Notes under the pieces: generated by a model
Told to the model about the DNA's origin: nothing
What the model saw: only the letters and a program-made list of their open reading frames with translations
The model's database searches: none
Program-made: the position numbers and the translations under genes
NCBI GenBank assembly: GCA_963699255.1
Contig: OY969425.1
Span: 660,001 to 692,000 of the forward strand
Origin: an uncultured bacterium
Lineage (GTDB): Bacteria; Margulisbacteria; WOR-1; CAVSGV01
Direction of reading: 5' to 3'
Length of the DNA: 32,000 bases
In this document: positions 17,451 through 28,352 of the stretch, in pieces
How positions within the stretch are numbered: position 1 is the first letter of the stretch
Layout: each line of letters starts with the position of its first letter

Positions 17451-17610
17451 ATGAGAAAGGGCAATTAAGGCGATTGATGGCGATACAAGGTGGTGGAAGG
17501 CATATGGCTAAAGGCTCATGGCAAAAGGAAATTTGTTTCTTGCCTTTTGTCTTATATCGTAAGCCCTATATGCCCTCTTTTGCCTTCAATCGCCATAAAT
17601 CGCCCTTTAT
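17451..17610. repeat. Short (~160 bp) MITE-like inverted-repeat element, copy 3
   Basis: ATGAGAAAGGGCAATTAAGGCGATTGATGGCGATACAAGG...GGCATATGGCTAAAGGC, centre GGCAAAAGGAAATTTGTTTCTTGCC, right arm ...TTTTGCCTTCAATCGCCATAAATCGCCCTTTAT. Confidence 0.65.
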
Positions 17611-18089
17611 TTCTGCGCATTTCTTAAATACAAGAAGACTAATATTACTATAAGTATTGGAAGCAATAAATCGTTCAGGTATAGTATCGGCCCCGCGTTA
17701 TAAACGGCGGTATTGCCGGATGTGATTATATCTCGGATATGGCCTGTCCCCGCCCCTATTCCGAAGATTCCGCCTATTATTGCGATTGCGAGCCAGTAAG
17801 TGCCGCGGAACCAGAAGCTAAGGAGCGCGGCGATGCCGATGGCTATGTTGGCGACGCCGACTTCGTACTGGAACGGGCTTCCGGGAGCCCAGCCGATGCC
17901 GCGGGCGATGGCGGGTCCATTGAAGATGTGCTCAAGTCCAGCCATTGTCTGGCCGATACCGACGGCAATGATGAAGTAATCAAGAAGGATTATCTCGAGT
18001 ATGTTTGATATATTGCGAGTCTTCCTCGTCAGCGCGATATGGATGAGAATAATAAGTATCGTGATTGTCAGCATTATTATTGGGAACAT
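17607..18089 (-). CDS. Multi-pass membrane protein, DUF6790-like
   Basis: ITILIILIHIALTRK...IGQTMAGLEHIFNGPAIARGIGWAPGSPFQYEVGVANIAIGIAALLSFWFRGTYWLA; several predicted TM segments. Confidence 0.65.
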   Translation of the reverse strand: MFPIIMLTITILIILIHIALTRKTRNISNILEIILLDYFIIAVGIGQTMAGLEHIFNGPAIARGIGWAPGSPFQYEVGVANIAIGIAALLSFWFRGTYWLAIAIIGGIFGIGAGTGHIRDIITSGNTAVYNAGPILYLNDLLLPILIVILVFLYLRNAQK

Positions 18090-18172
18090 GGGGGGATTAT
18101 AGCAAAGAAAATAATAGTTTAATAATAAAAAGTGGTATTTTCAGAATAAGAACGTGGTAGAATATTTTAATT

Positions 18173-19153
18173 GTGATTAAACAAAGAAATATTATAAACG
18201 AACTCACGAGAAGGCTATCAGAAGTAGAAACTTTTTCAAATCATCCAATCACTTCCAAAAAGACTGCCGAAGCATTCTTTTCAGGAATTGCTGATTATAT
18301 GAATTTTATCTTAACAAACCATAAGTTGAAGGGCTATTGTCAGCAATTAGAGAAAAAGCAAAAGGGACTAACCGTTAGTAAGGAATTATCAAAAGAAGAT
18401 GATTCGATGATAAAACAACTCAAGAAGTACTCCGATGATATTGAAGGAATAATTAAAGCGAATAATATAACTAACCTTCCCTATGACAAAATTATACCTC
18501 CTGGATATAGTGGATCAATATCTGCAGATCAAGCTCTTTCCCTCACTTATTGGAGAGCAAATTCATATGTTACTCGTAAAACTCATGTTGCAGGAGATGG
18601 CTATTCTGGAATAAGAGAGTTGAGGTATTTGACTGATGAACTGATGCTAAAAATTGGAAAAACACCTGAACTGGAAAAGATTTACAAAGATTGTCATAAA
18701 TTAGTTGAAAATTATGATAATAAATTAAAAACAAAATCACGTCTTGAGGCCTTCTTAAGACATGATGCCTACAAATCACTTTTAGAAGTATGGGACTATT
18801 TCTATAATGGGGAAAATTGGAAGAGTAACCTAAATTTCATAATAATGTATGGCTCATGTTTAGATTCAAATTCATCATCCGCGCTAAAGACTGAGGATGC
18901 TCAAAAGATTAATCGTGCAAAAGATGAATATTTATCATCATTACATAAAATGCACAATTACCTTTCGGATAAATACGATGAAACAAATATAGTATTTGAC
19001 ATACTCTCTCCAGCGATAAAAAGCTTTGCAACAACACTTGTTGGCCTTATTCTTATTGGGGTATTACTTGCAGCTCTTAATCTATTAAATTTTAAGCTGC
19101 CCATCAAACTAATAAATGCCGCAATGAAATACATTGCATTAGTAAAACAATGA
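18173..19153 (+). CDS. Hypothetical helical protein with C-terminal transmembrane segment, in an AT-rich island
   Basis: 326 aa, GTG start; C-terminal SPAIKSFATTLVGLILIGVLLAALNLLNF; no family recognised. Confidence 0.7.
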   Translation: MIKQRNIINELTRRLSEVETFSNHPITSKKTAEAFFSGIADYMNFILTNHKLKGYCQQLEKKQKGLTVSKELSKEDDSMIKQLKKYSDDIEGIIKANNITNLPYDKIIPPGYSGSISADQALSLTYWRANSYVTRKTHVAGDGYSGIRELRYLTDELMLKIGKTPELEKIYKDCHKLVENYDNKLKTKSRLEAFLRHDAYKSLLEVWDYFYNGENWKSNLNFIIMYGSCLDSNSSSALKTEDAQKINRAKDEYLSSLHKMHNYLSDKYDETNIVFDILSPAIKSFATTLVGLILIGVLLAALNLLNFKLPIKLINAAMKYIALVKQ

Positions 19154-19203
19154 TCTTTATCGCCCAACGATACTTCGCACATCAAATACTTATCTAATAC
19201 TTC

Positions 19204-19551
19204 TTATTCTTCTTCTCTCTCTCTTAAATTTTCTTTTTTCGTCCATCCGGATATGTTCACCTGGACCATATTCCCCTCGCTGCCCACCCTCTTTATTTCA
19301 GCGCCTTTTTGGCGTAAATATATGTAAGCTCGCCGTGAAATATACGCTCCAAACCTCACCTTGATCCACCCGCCCTTTTCATCGATATCCGTTATTTTTA
19401 TGTACTGGGTCTTCTGCAGAGTATAGACCAACATTGCCTTTACCGAAGGCCCTTTCCTTATATTGGCATGATCCCATCGAACAGCCCAGTCCGACGCGAA
19501 AACCGGCAGCGAAAGCACTATCAGGATCAGAACGATAAACGCTTTTTTCAT
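19204..19551 (-). CDS. Exported SH3-like domain protein
   Basis: Signal peptide MKKAFIVLILIVLSLPVFA; DWAVRWDHANIRKGPSVKAMLVYTLQKTQYIKITDIDEKGGWIKVRF. Confidence 0.8.
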   Translation of the reverse strand: MKKAFIVLILIVLSLPVFASDWAVRWDHANIRKGPSVKAMLVYTLQKTQYIKITDIDEKGGWIKVRFGAYISRRAYIYLRQKGAEIKRVGSEGNMVQVNISGWTKKENLREREEE

Positions 19552-19602
19552 GAACAATATATACCACCGGCCGCCCGGCACATCAAGAGCAATATTTGGG
19601 TG

Positions 19603-19632
19603 TTGACATGCTTGCACCGTATAAGATACAAT
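19603..19632 (+). promoter_or_regulatory. Candidate sigma70-type promoter for the first pilin-like gene
   Basis: TTGACA-18 nt-TACAAT. Confidence 0.5.
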
Positions 19633-19677
19633 TTCCATAAAAGGTTCACATGTCCCAAAAGAAAGGCGGGATGAAAA

Positions 19678-20118
19678 ATGAAAAGCAGAGGATTTACCCT
19701 TATCGAGCTCCTTATAGTAATGGCGGTCATAGCGATCCTTATCGGCATAGCGCTGCCCAGCTTCAGGGGAATGCAGCAGGAAGCCAGGAAGACAAGGGCC
19801 CAGGGCGATGTAAGGACCATAAAGATGGCGGTGGAGGCATATTACATGGACCACCAGAACACCTATCCCGCCGAAGCAAATTACCAGGCGACCCTTCAGG
19901 CTTCCGTCCCGCAGATACTTACCAGCACCCTGTATGATCCTTTTGGCGCCACTTCCACGACGCAGTATCTGTATTCTCTGGACACTCACAACCCCGCCAC
20001 GGCAAATTATTATATTATTTCTTCGGTCAGCCCATCTGGTGTTGCTACCGCTACCGTTAGCACGACCGGAACCATAACCGCATCGTCCGATGCGATCTAC
20101 GCTTCGAACGGCCATTGA
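19678..20118 (+). CDS. Type IV pilin / type II secretion pseudopilin-like protein (copy 1)
   Basis: Prepilin signal MKSRG|FTLIELLIVMAVIAILIGIALPSFRGMQQEARKTRAQGDVRTIKMAVEAYYMDHQNTYP. Confidence 0.93.
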   Translation: MKSRGFTLIELLIVMAVIAILIGIALPSFRGMQQEARKTRAQGDVRTIKMAVEAYYMDHQNTYPAEANYQATLQASVPQILTSTLYDPFGATSTTQYLYSLDTHNPATANYYIISSVSPSGVATATVSTTGTITASSDAIYASNGH

Positions 20119-20137
20119 TATTAAATGATGCTGAGCT

Positions 20138-20197
20138 CTAGATCTTAACGCCGGGTTGTTTGGCTTTCTCGAGCTTCGAGCCCGGCTCCGTATCGCC
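20138..20197 (-). pseudogene. Remnant of the ligA 3' end between the two pilin genes
   Basis: Minus-strand translation [19 protein letters not shown] vs intact Lig[21 protein letters not shown]; DNA shares CTTAACGCC and TGTTTGGCTTTCTCGAG. Confidence 0.85.
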
Positions 20198-20299
20198 CTA
20201 ACTGCCGAGCCTTTAAATTGCAGCACTTTTTTGGCGTTTGAAACGCGAAAATATGATATAATTTTTAAATAAGACCCTCAAGAAAGGCCGGATAAAAAA

Positions 20300-23420
<3,121 letters not shown>

Positions 23421-23433
23421 AGAAATAAATCTC

Positions 23434-23550
23434 ACAAATTACAATAAACAAATCACAAACAATAAACAATCAACAAATTACAATGTTTGTCAGATTGTAT
23501 ATTGTAAATTGTTTGTAACTTGGGATTTGTTTATTGTGTATTATTTGATC
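23434..23550. repeat. AT-rich imperfect long inverted repeat between truB and nrnA
   Basis: Left CACAAATTACAATAAACAAATCACAAACAATAAACAATC vs reverse complement of right CACAATAAACAAATCCCAAGTTACAAACAATTTACAATATACAATC. Confidence 0.7.
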
Positions 23551-24485
23551 ACCCTGAACACTTCGGCCAGCGTTTTTTCTTTCGCGTCTTCAAGCTTTCC
23601 GTTGAGTATCGCCCCGGACGCCCTTATGTGCCCGCCGCCGCCCAGCTTCTTCGCTATGTCGGATACGTTCACCTTGAATTTGGAGCGGAAATTCACTTTT
23701 ATCCCGTCACCTTCCTCGCGGAAAAGGACCGCCACCTCAACGCCTTTTATTGAGCGTATCTGATCCACAATGCCCGTAAGGTCCTCGCTCTTCGCCCCGA
23801 TCGAATCCATCAGCTTCCGGGGGAGGACCGTCCACGCGACCTTCCCGCTCTTTGTGGTCTCCAGCCTGTACATCGCGGCCCCGAGCACTTTCACGGAAGA
23901 TTTCGTCTTTGACTCATAGACCGCCATCGCGATCCTGCTTATGTCCGCACCCGCCCTCGCGAGGAACGCGGCGACGTCAAAGGTCCGGGCGGTCGTGTAG
24001 TCATAACGGAAATTCCCCGTGTCTGTCATTATTCCCGCGTAAAGGCACGCCGCGATATCCTTTGATATCCTGATGTTCATTTTCCTGAATAAATTGAATA
24101 ATATCTCAGAAACGGAAGAAATATTCTCGATCAGATTTATATCGCCGAATTCCGTGTTGTCAGGATGGTGGTCTATATTGATGATCTTATGCGCCAGGGC
24201 CTTGAGGTTTATTTTCTTCCCCACCCTGTTCTCGCCGCCGCAGTCAACCGCAACGGCAAGATCGAATTTCCCCCTGCCTAAAGAATGCTTCACTCTGGCC
24301 GACTGCGGAAGGAACCTGTATATCTGGGGCACCTTGTCCCTGCAGTACATCGTGACCTTTTTGCCCGATGCCTTCAGCGCGAGGTACATCGCCAGCATGG
24401 ATCCCACGGCGTCGCCGTCCGGATCCGTGTGGGTAACGATCAGCGCGCTGCCGGCTTTTTGTATCGCCTTTATGACTTCTTGCAT
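23541..24485 (-). CDS. nrnA: DHH family phosphoesterase, NrnA-type bifunctional oligoribonuclease/PAP phosphatase
   Basis: ALIVTHTDPDGDAVGSMLAMYLAL, DLAVAVDCGG, INIDHHPDNTEFGDINLI, ACLYAGIMTDTGNFRYDYTT, GGGGHIRASGAIL-like tail. Confidence 0.88.
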   Translation of the reverse strand: MQEVIKAIQKAGSALIVTHTDPDGDAVGSMLAMYLALKASGKKVTMYCRDKVPQIYRFLPQSARVKHSLGRGKFDLAVAVDCGGENRVGKKINLKALAHKIINIDHHPDNTEFGDINLIENISSVSEILFNLFRKMNIRISKDIAACLYAGIMTDTGNFRYDYTTARTFDVAAFLARAGADISRIAMAVYESKTKSSVKVLGAAMYRLETTKSGKVAWTVLPRKLMDSIGAKSEDLTGIVDQIRSIKGVEVAVLFREEGDGIKVNFRSKFKVNVSDIAKKLGGGGHIRASGAILNGKLEDAKEKTLAEVFRVIK

Positions 24486-24832
24486 GGCTTCTTCTTTTCC
24501 TTGTGAAGCTTGTTTATGATCGCGAAGACCTTCGCTCCCCGCTCGATGGAGGTGTCCTGCTTGAACAATATCTCCGGAACATCGCGCAGCTGGAGCCTGC
24601 TGCCCAGCTCGCGGCGGACGAATTTTGTGGCGGAATACAGCGCGGACATCGTGTCGTTCTGTTCCTTCTGGGTGCCGTAAACACTGACGAATATCTTCGC
24701 GTTCTGGAGGTCGGGCCCGACGTCGACCGAGGTGACTGACGCGAATCCGATGCGCGGATCATTGAGTTTTCTGGAAATTATGTCGCTGACTTCCTGCTTG
24801 ATAAGCTCCGCGACCCTGTCTGCTCTGGTCAT
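24470..24832 (-). CDS. rbfA: 30S ribosome-binding factor A
   Basis: MTRADRVAELIKQEVSDIISRKLNDPRIGFASVTSVDVGPDLQNAKIFVSVYG...FVRRELGSRLQLRDVPEILFKQDTSIERG. Confidence 0.93.
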   Translation of the reverse strand: MTRADRVAELIKQEVSDIISRKLNDPRIGFASVTSVDVGPDLQNAKIFVSVYGTQKEQNDTMSALYSATKFVRRELGSRLQLRDVPEILFKQDTSIERGAKVFAIINKLHKEKKKPCKKS

Positions 24833-26841
24833 TAGAGTTTCCTTGCGGATGTCCTTATTTCGAAACAATCAACGGTATCGCCTTCGGCAAAGTCGGAATA
24901 TCCGGAGATGGAGATGCCGCACTCATATCCAGCCTGGACTTCCTTAGCATCTTCCTTGAACCTCTTAAGCGATTCAAGCCGGCCTTCATAGATCTTCTTT
25001 CCCTCTCTCCAGATCCTTATGCTGGCGCCCCTCTGCATCTTTCCGTCCTTGACGGTGCATCCGGCGATGACGCCCACCTTCGAATACTTGAAAAGCGCCT
25101 TCACCGTCGCGTGCCCGAGGACCACCTCTTCCTTTACCGGCTCAAGCAGGCCCGTCATCGCGGCCTTAACGTCATCCGCGATCTGGTAAATTATGTTGTA
25201 TATCCTCGCGTCCACGCCCTTGTCATCCGCGAGCAGCTTGGCGCCGCCCTCAAAAGGCACGTTGAAACCTATGATTATGCCCTTTGTCGTGAGCGCGAGC
25301 AGGACGTCGCTCTCGGAAATGCCTCCCGCGCCGCTGTGGATTATATTCACCCTTACGTCCGCGGTTGTCAGGTTCTGGAGAAGCGTCTTTATCGCTTCAA
25401 CGGAGCCCTGCACATCGGCCTTAAGGATGATGTTCAGGTCCTTTCTTACACCTTCCTTCACCGCGCGGGAAAAATCCTCAAGTGTAAGCACTTTCCCCCG
25501 CATCTGCTTGAATTGTTCGATCTCGAGGCGTTTTTTCTCGGAAAGTTTTCTCGCCGTCTGGTCATCGCGGACCACCCTGAACAGCTCGCCAGGCACGGGC
25601 ACGGTTTCCGCACCGAGGACTTCCACGGGCTGGGACGGAAGCGCTTTTTTTATGTTCTTGCCTTTGTCATCGATCAACGCCCTCACTTTTCCGGAAACTC
25701 CCCCGACATAAAAAGTGTCCCCTATCTTAAGGGTGCCGTTGCCGATAAGGACGGTTGCGACAGGGCCTCTTCCTTTGTCGAGCTTTGCCTCTATGACTAT
25801 ACCGGACGCGGACCTTGAAGGGTTGGCTTTCAGCTCCAGTATATCGGCTGTAAGGAGTATCATGTCGAGCAGTTCATCGATCCCGGTCCCCTGCTTCGCG
25901 GATATCGGGACAACGACCGTTTTACCTCCCCACTCTTCCGGAGTAAGGTCGTATTCCGTCAGCTGTTTCTTTACGCGCTCGATGTTGGCTTCCGGCTTGT
26001 CTATTTTGTTGATGGCGATGATGATCGGCACTCCCGCGGCTTTCGCGTGGTTTATGGCTTCCACGGTCTGGGGCATGATCCCGTCATCTGCGGCAACTAC
26101 AAGCACAGCTATGTCGGTCACCTTCGCTCCCCTGGACCTCAGCGCCGTGAAAGCTTCGTGGCCCGGAGTATCAAGGAACGAGACCTTTCTGCCCTTCACT
26201 TCCACCTGGTACGCTCCTATGTGCTGCGTGATCCCTCCCGCCTCGGTTGCCATCACGTTCGTCTTCCTTATCGCGTCAAGGAGCTTTGTTTTTCCATGGT
26301 CGACGTGGCCCATTACGACAACGATGGGAGGCCTGGGCACGAGATGCGCCGCTTCTTCCTTCTGGACCGCGGCGGCGGGGCCCGCCTCTTTTTCCTCTGA
26401 CAGGACGTCGATATTGAATACTTTCGCGACCGCCCTGGCCACGTTCACATCCACCCTCTGGTTTATCGTCGCCAGTATCCCCAGCCTCATGAGTTCCTTG
26501 ATCACGTCGCTCGCCTTTGATTCAAGTTTTTCCGAAAGTTCCTTCACGTTGATGTCGCCGATTATCGATATCGTCTTTTTCGGGGGCGCTTTTACTTCAA
26601 CGGGAGGCTCCGCTTTCGCGGGTTCAGGCGCTTTTACAACGGGGATATCCACGGCCTTCTTTTCCTCTTTTTTACCTTTGGACAGCAGGTCTTCAGCCGA
26701 CTTGGCATCTTCTTCGCTTATGACGCTAGCCGTGGTCTTTGCCGCGACCCCAAGTTCCTTCAGGCTCTTTAAAAGATCCTTCGGGTCGAGCTTAAGGTCT
26801 TCCGCAAGCTTTGATACTTTTATTCCTTTTTTTGTCGCCAA
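24832..26841 (-). CDS. infB: Translation initiation factor IF-2
   Basis: PPIVVVMGHVDHGKTKLLDAIRKTNV, SFLDTPGHEAFTALRSRGAKVTDIAVLVVAADDGIMPQT, IIAINKIDKPEAN. Confidence 0.98.
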   Translation of the reverse strand: MATKKGIKVSKLAEDLKLDPKDLLKSLKELGVAAKTTASVISEEDAKSAEDLLSKGKKEEKKAVDIPVVKAPEPAKAEPPVEVKAPPKKTISIIGDINVKELSEKLESKASDVIKELMRLGILATINQRVDVNVARAVAKVFNIDVLSEEKEAGPAAAVQKEEAAHLVPRPPIVVVMGHVDHGKTKLLDAIRKTNVMATEAGGITQHIGAYQVEVKGRKVSFLDTPGHEAFTALRSRGAKVTDIAVLVVAADDGIMPQTVEAINHAKAAGVPIIIAINKIDKPEANIERVKKQLTEYDLTPEEWGGKTVVVPISAKQGTGIDELLDMILLTADILELKANPSRSASGIVIEAKLDKGRGPVATVLIGNGTLKIGDTFYVGGVSGKVRALIDDKGKNIKKALPSQPVEVLGAETVPVPGELFRVVRDDQTARKLSEKKRLEIEQFKQMRGKVLTLEDFSRAVKEGVRKDLNIILKADVQGSVEAIKTLLQNLTTADVRVNIIHSGAGGISESDVLLALTTKGIIIGFNVPFEGGAKLLADDKGVDARIYNIIYQIADDVKAAMTGLLEPVKEEVVLGHATVKALFKYSKVGVIAGCTVKDGKMQRGASIRIWREGKKIYEGRLESLKRFKEDAKEVQAGYECGISISGYSDFAEGDTVDCFEIRTSARKL

Positions 26842-26847
26842 TTATTC

Positions 26848-28137
26848 TTACCCCTCTTTTTCAACGTCCTCATCGCCAACGGCATCTTCTTTTGCTTCTT
26901 CCGCTTTTTTCTCTTCCGGGGCCTCTTCCGCTTTTTCCTCTTTTACCTCTTCCGTAACTTCCTCTTTTTTGACTTCTTTAGTTTTTTTGACCTTTTTCTC
27001 TTCTTTTGCCTCTATTACATCTTCCACTTTTTCCCCTTCATTAACTTCTTTAACCTCTAGCTCTTTTAGCTCCTCTTTTGCTTTCTTCTCCTCTTTCGCC
27101 TTCTTCTGCCCTTCCTCTGATAATATGTCTATTTTCCATCCGGTCAGTTTTGCGGCAAGCCTGACGTTCTGGCCCTCTTTCCCTATGGCGAGGGAAAGCT
27201 GGCTTTCCGGAAGGATAACGTGCGCTATATTTTCCGCCGTATTGAGGTCTATTTTCGTCACCTTGGCCGGAGAAATAGCATTTGTGATGAAAGTTTTAAT
27301 GTCCTCGCTCCACTCGATAACGTCTATTCTCTCGTTGCCCACTTCCCTGACGATATTCTGTATCCTTGCCCCCATATGGCCTATGCAGGTCCCGACGGCC
27401 CCCACATTCTTGTCTTTTGACATCACGGCGACCTTCGCTCTCCTGCCGGGTTCCCTCACTATCCCTTTGATCTCGATCGTCCCCTGCAGAACTTCCGGGA
27501 TCTCCAGCTCGAAGAGCTTCTTAAGGAAATTCGGGTGCGCCCTGGAAATGGATATGACGGGACCCCTGGGCGTTTTTTTTGTCTCAAGCACCAGCACCTT
27601 TATCCTGTCCTTGGGCCTGTAGTTCTCCCCGGGTATGCTCTCCGAAAAAGGAAGGAGCGTTTCAACTTTGCCGAGATTGATCAGGTAGCCGTTCGCTTCT
27701 TTCCTCTGCACGATCCCTCCAAGGAGCTCGCCCTGTTTCTTTACATACTCCTCGTATGCGCCCTCTTTTTCAGCTTCCCTTATCCTCTGGATGATCACCT
27801 GTTTTGCGGTCTGCGCGGCGAGGCGGCCGAAACCCGAAGGCGTGACGTCTATTTTTACCTCATCCCCCACCTTCGCGTCTTTTTTTATTTTCACCGCTTC
27901 TTTTTTGGATATCTCAAGGAGGCTGTCCTTGACCTTCATCACGACGGTCTTCCTTGCGAGTATCATGAACGTCCCGTCCTCCTCCATGGAGGATTCCAGG
28001 TTTTCCGCGTGCTCGAGCTTCTTCTTGGACGCGGAAAGCAGAGCGGCGGACACCGCGTCTATAAGGACCTTTTTGTCCACGTTGCGCTCTTTCTGGATCT
28101 CTTCAAGCGCCCTGTTGAACCCTTCTATTTTGATCAT
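26848..28137 (-). CDS. nusA: Transcription termination/antitermination factor NusA with long Lys/Glu-rich C-terminal tail
   Basis: MIKIEGFNRALEEIQKERNVDKKVLIDAVSAALLSASKK, GSPAKV-type KH region (AVMSKDKNVGAVGTCIGHMGARIQNIVREVGNERIDVIEWSED), QLSLAIGKEGQNVRLAAKLTGWKIDI. Confidence 0.96.
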   Translation of the reverse strand: MIKIEGFNRALEEIQKERNVDKKVLIDAVSAALLSASKKKLEHAENLESSMEEDGTFMILARKTVVMKVKDSLLEISKKEAVKIKKDAKVGDEVKIDVTPSGFGRLAAQTAKQVIIQRIREAEKEGAYEEYVKKQGELLGGIVQRKEANGYLINLGKVETLLPFSESIPGENYRPKDRIKVLVLETKKTPRGPVISISRAHPNFLKKLFELEIPEVLQGTIEIKGIVREPGRRAKVAVMSKDKNVGAVGTCIGHMGARIQNIVREVGNERIDVIEWSEDIKTFITNAISPAKVTKIDLNTAENIAHVILPESQLSLAIGKEGQNVRLAAKLTGWKIDILSEEGQKKAKEEKKAKEELKELEVKEVNEGEKVEDVIEAKEEKKVKKTKEVKKEEVTEEVKEEKAEEAPEEKKAEEAKEDAVGDEDVEKEG

Positions 28138-28158
28138 ATTTTCCTCCAATATTACTTT

Positions 28159-28190
28159 AAATAAAAAAGAGTGGCGTTCTTCCACTCTCT
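28159..28190 (-). terminator. Intrinsic-terminator-like hairpin in the nusA leader (candidate attenuator)
   Basis: Minus strand AGAGTGG-aagaacg-CCACTCT-TTTTTATTT, ending ~25 nt before the nusA ATG. Confidence 0.65.
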
Positions 28191-28221
28191 GCTGCAGTAC
28201 CTATTTCTTCTTAGCCGTGTA

Positions 28222-28250
28222 AATATAGCACGATCGAGCCTGTCTGGCAA
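28222..28250 (-). promoter_or_regulatory. Candidate sigma70-type promoter for the nusA operon
   Basis: Minus strand TTGCCA-17 nt-TATATT, ~85 nt upstream of nusA. Confidence 0.5.
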
Positions 28251-28352
28251 GGTCAATTGAGATGAAATTTTCACCCGTTTTTGACGATATAAGCGCACAA
28301 GGCGAGGAGATCTTAAAGCCCAAGATCAATGGGGTCAAAGGGGGAATAAAAC

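Noticed and set aside
16849-17610. Possible CRISPR-like or DGR (VR/TR) repeats near the Avd/IVP-like protein
   Set aside because: No reverse transcriptase, no TR/VR adenine-biased pair and no regularly spaced repeats seen; similarity is between inverted arms of MITE-like units.
26848-27200. Long Lys/Glu-rich NusA tail as a novel domain
   Set aside because: Low-complexity charged extensions are common in IF2/NusA of many lineages; no distinct domain is visible.
25715-27622. 635-aa plus-strand Ser/Phe-rich ORF
   Set aside because: Antisense shadow of infB/nusA, produced by their Lys/Glu-rich codons (SSFASSAFFSSG...); not credible as a gene.
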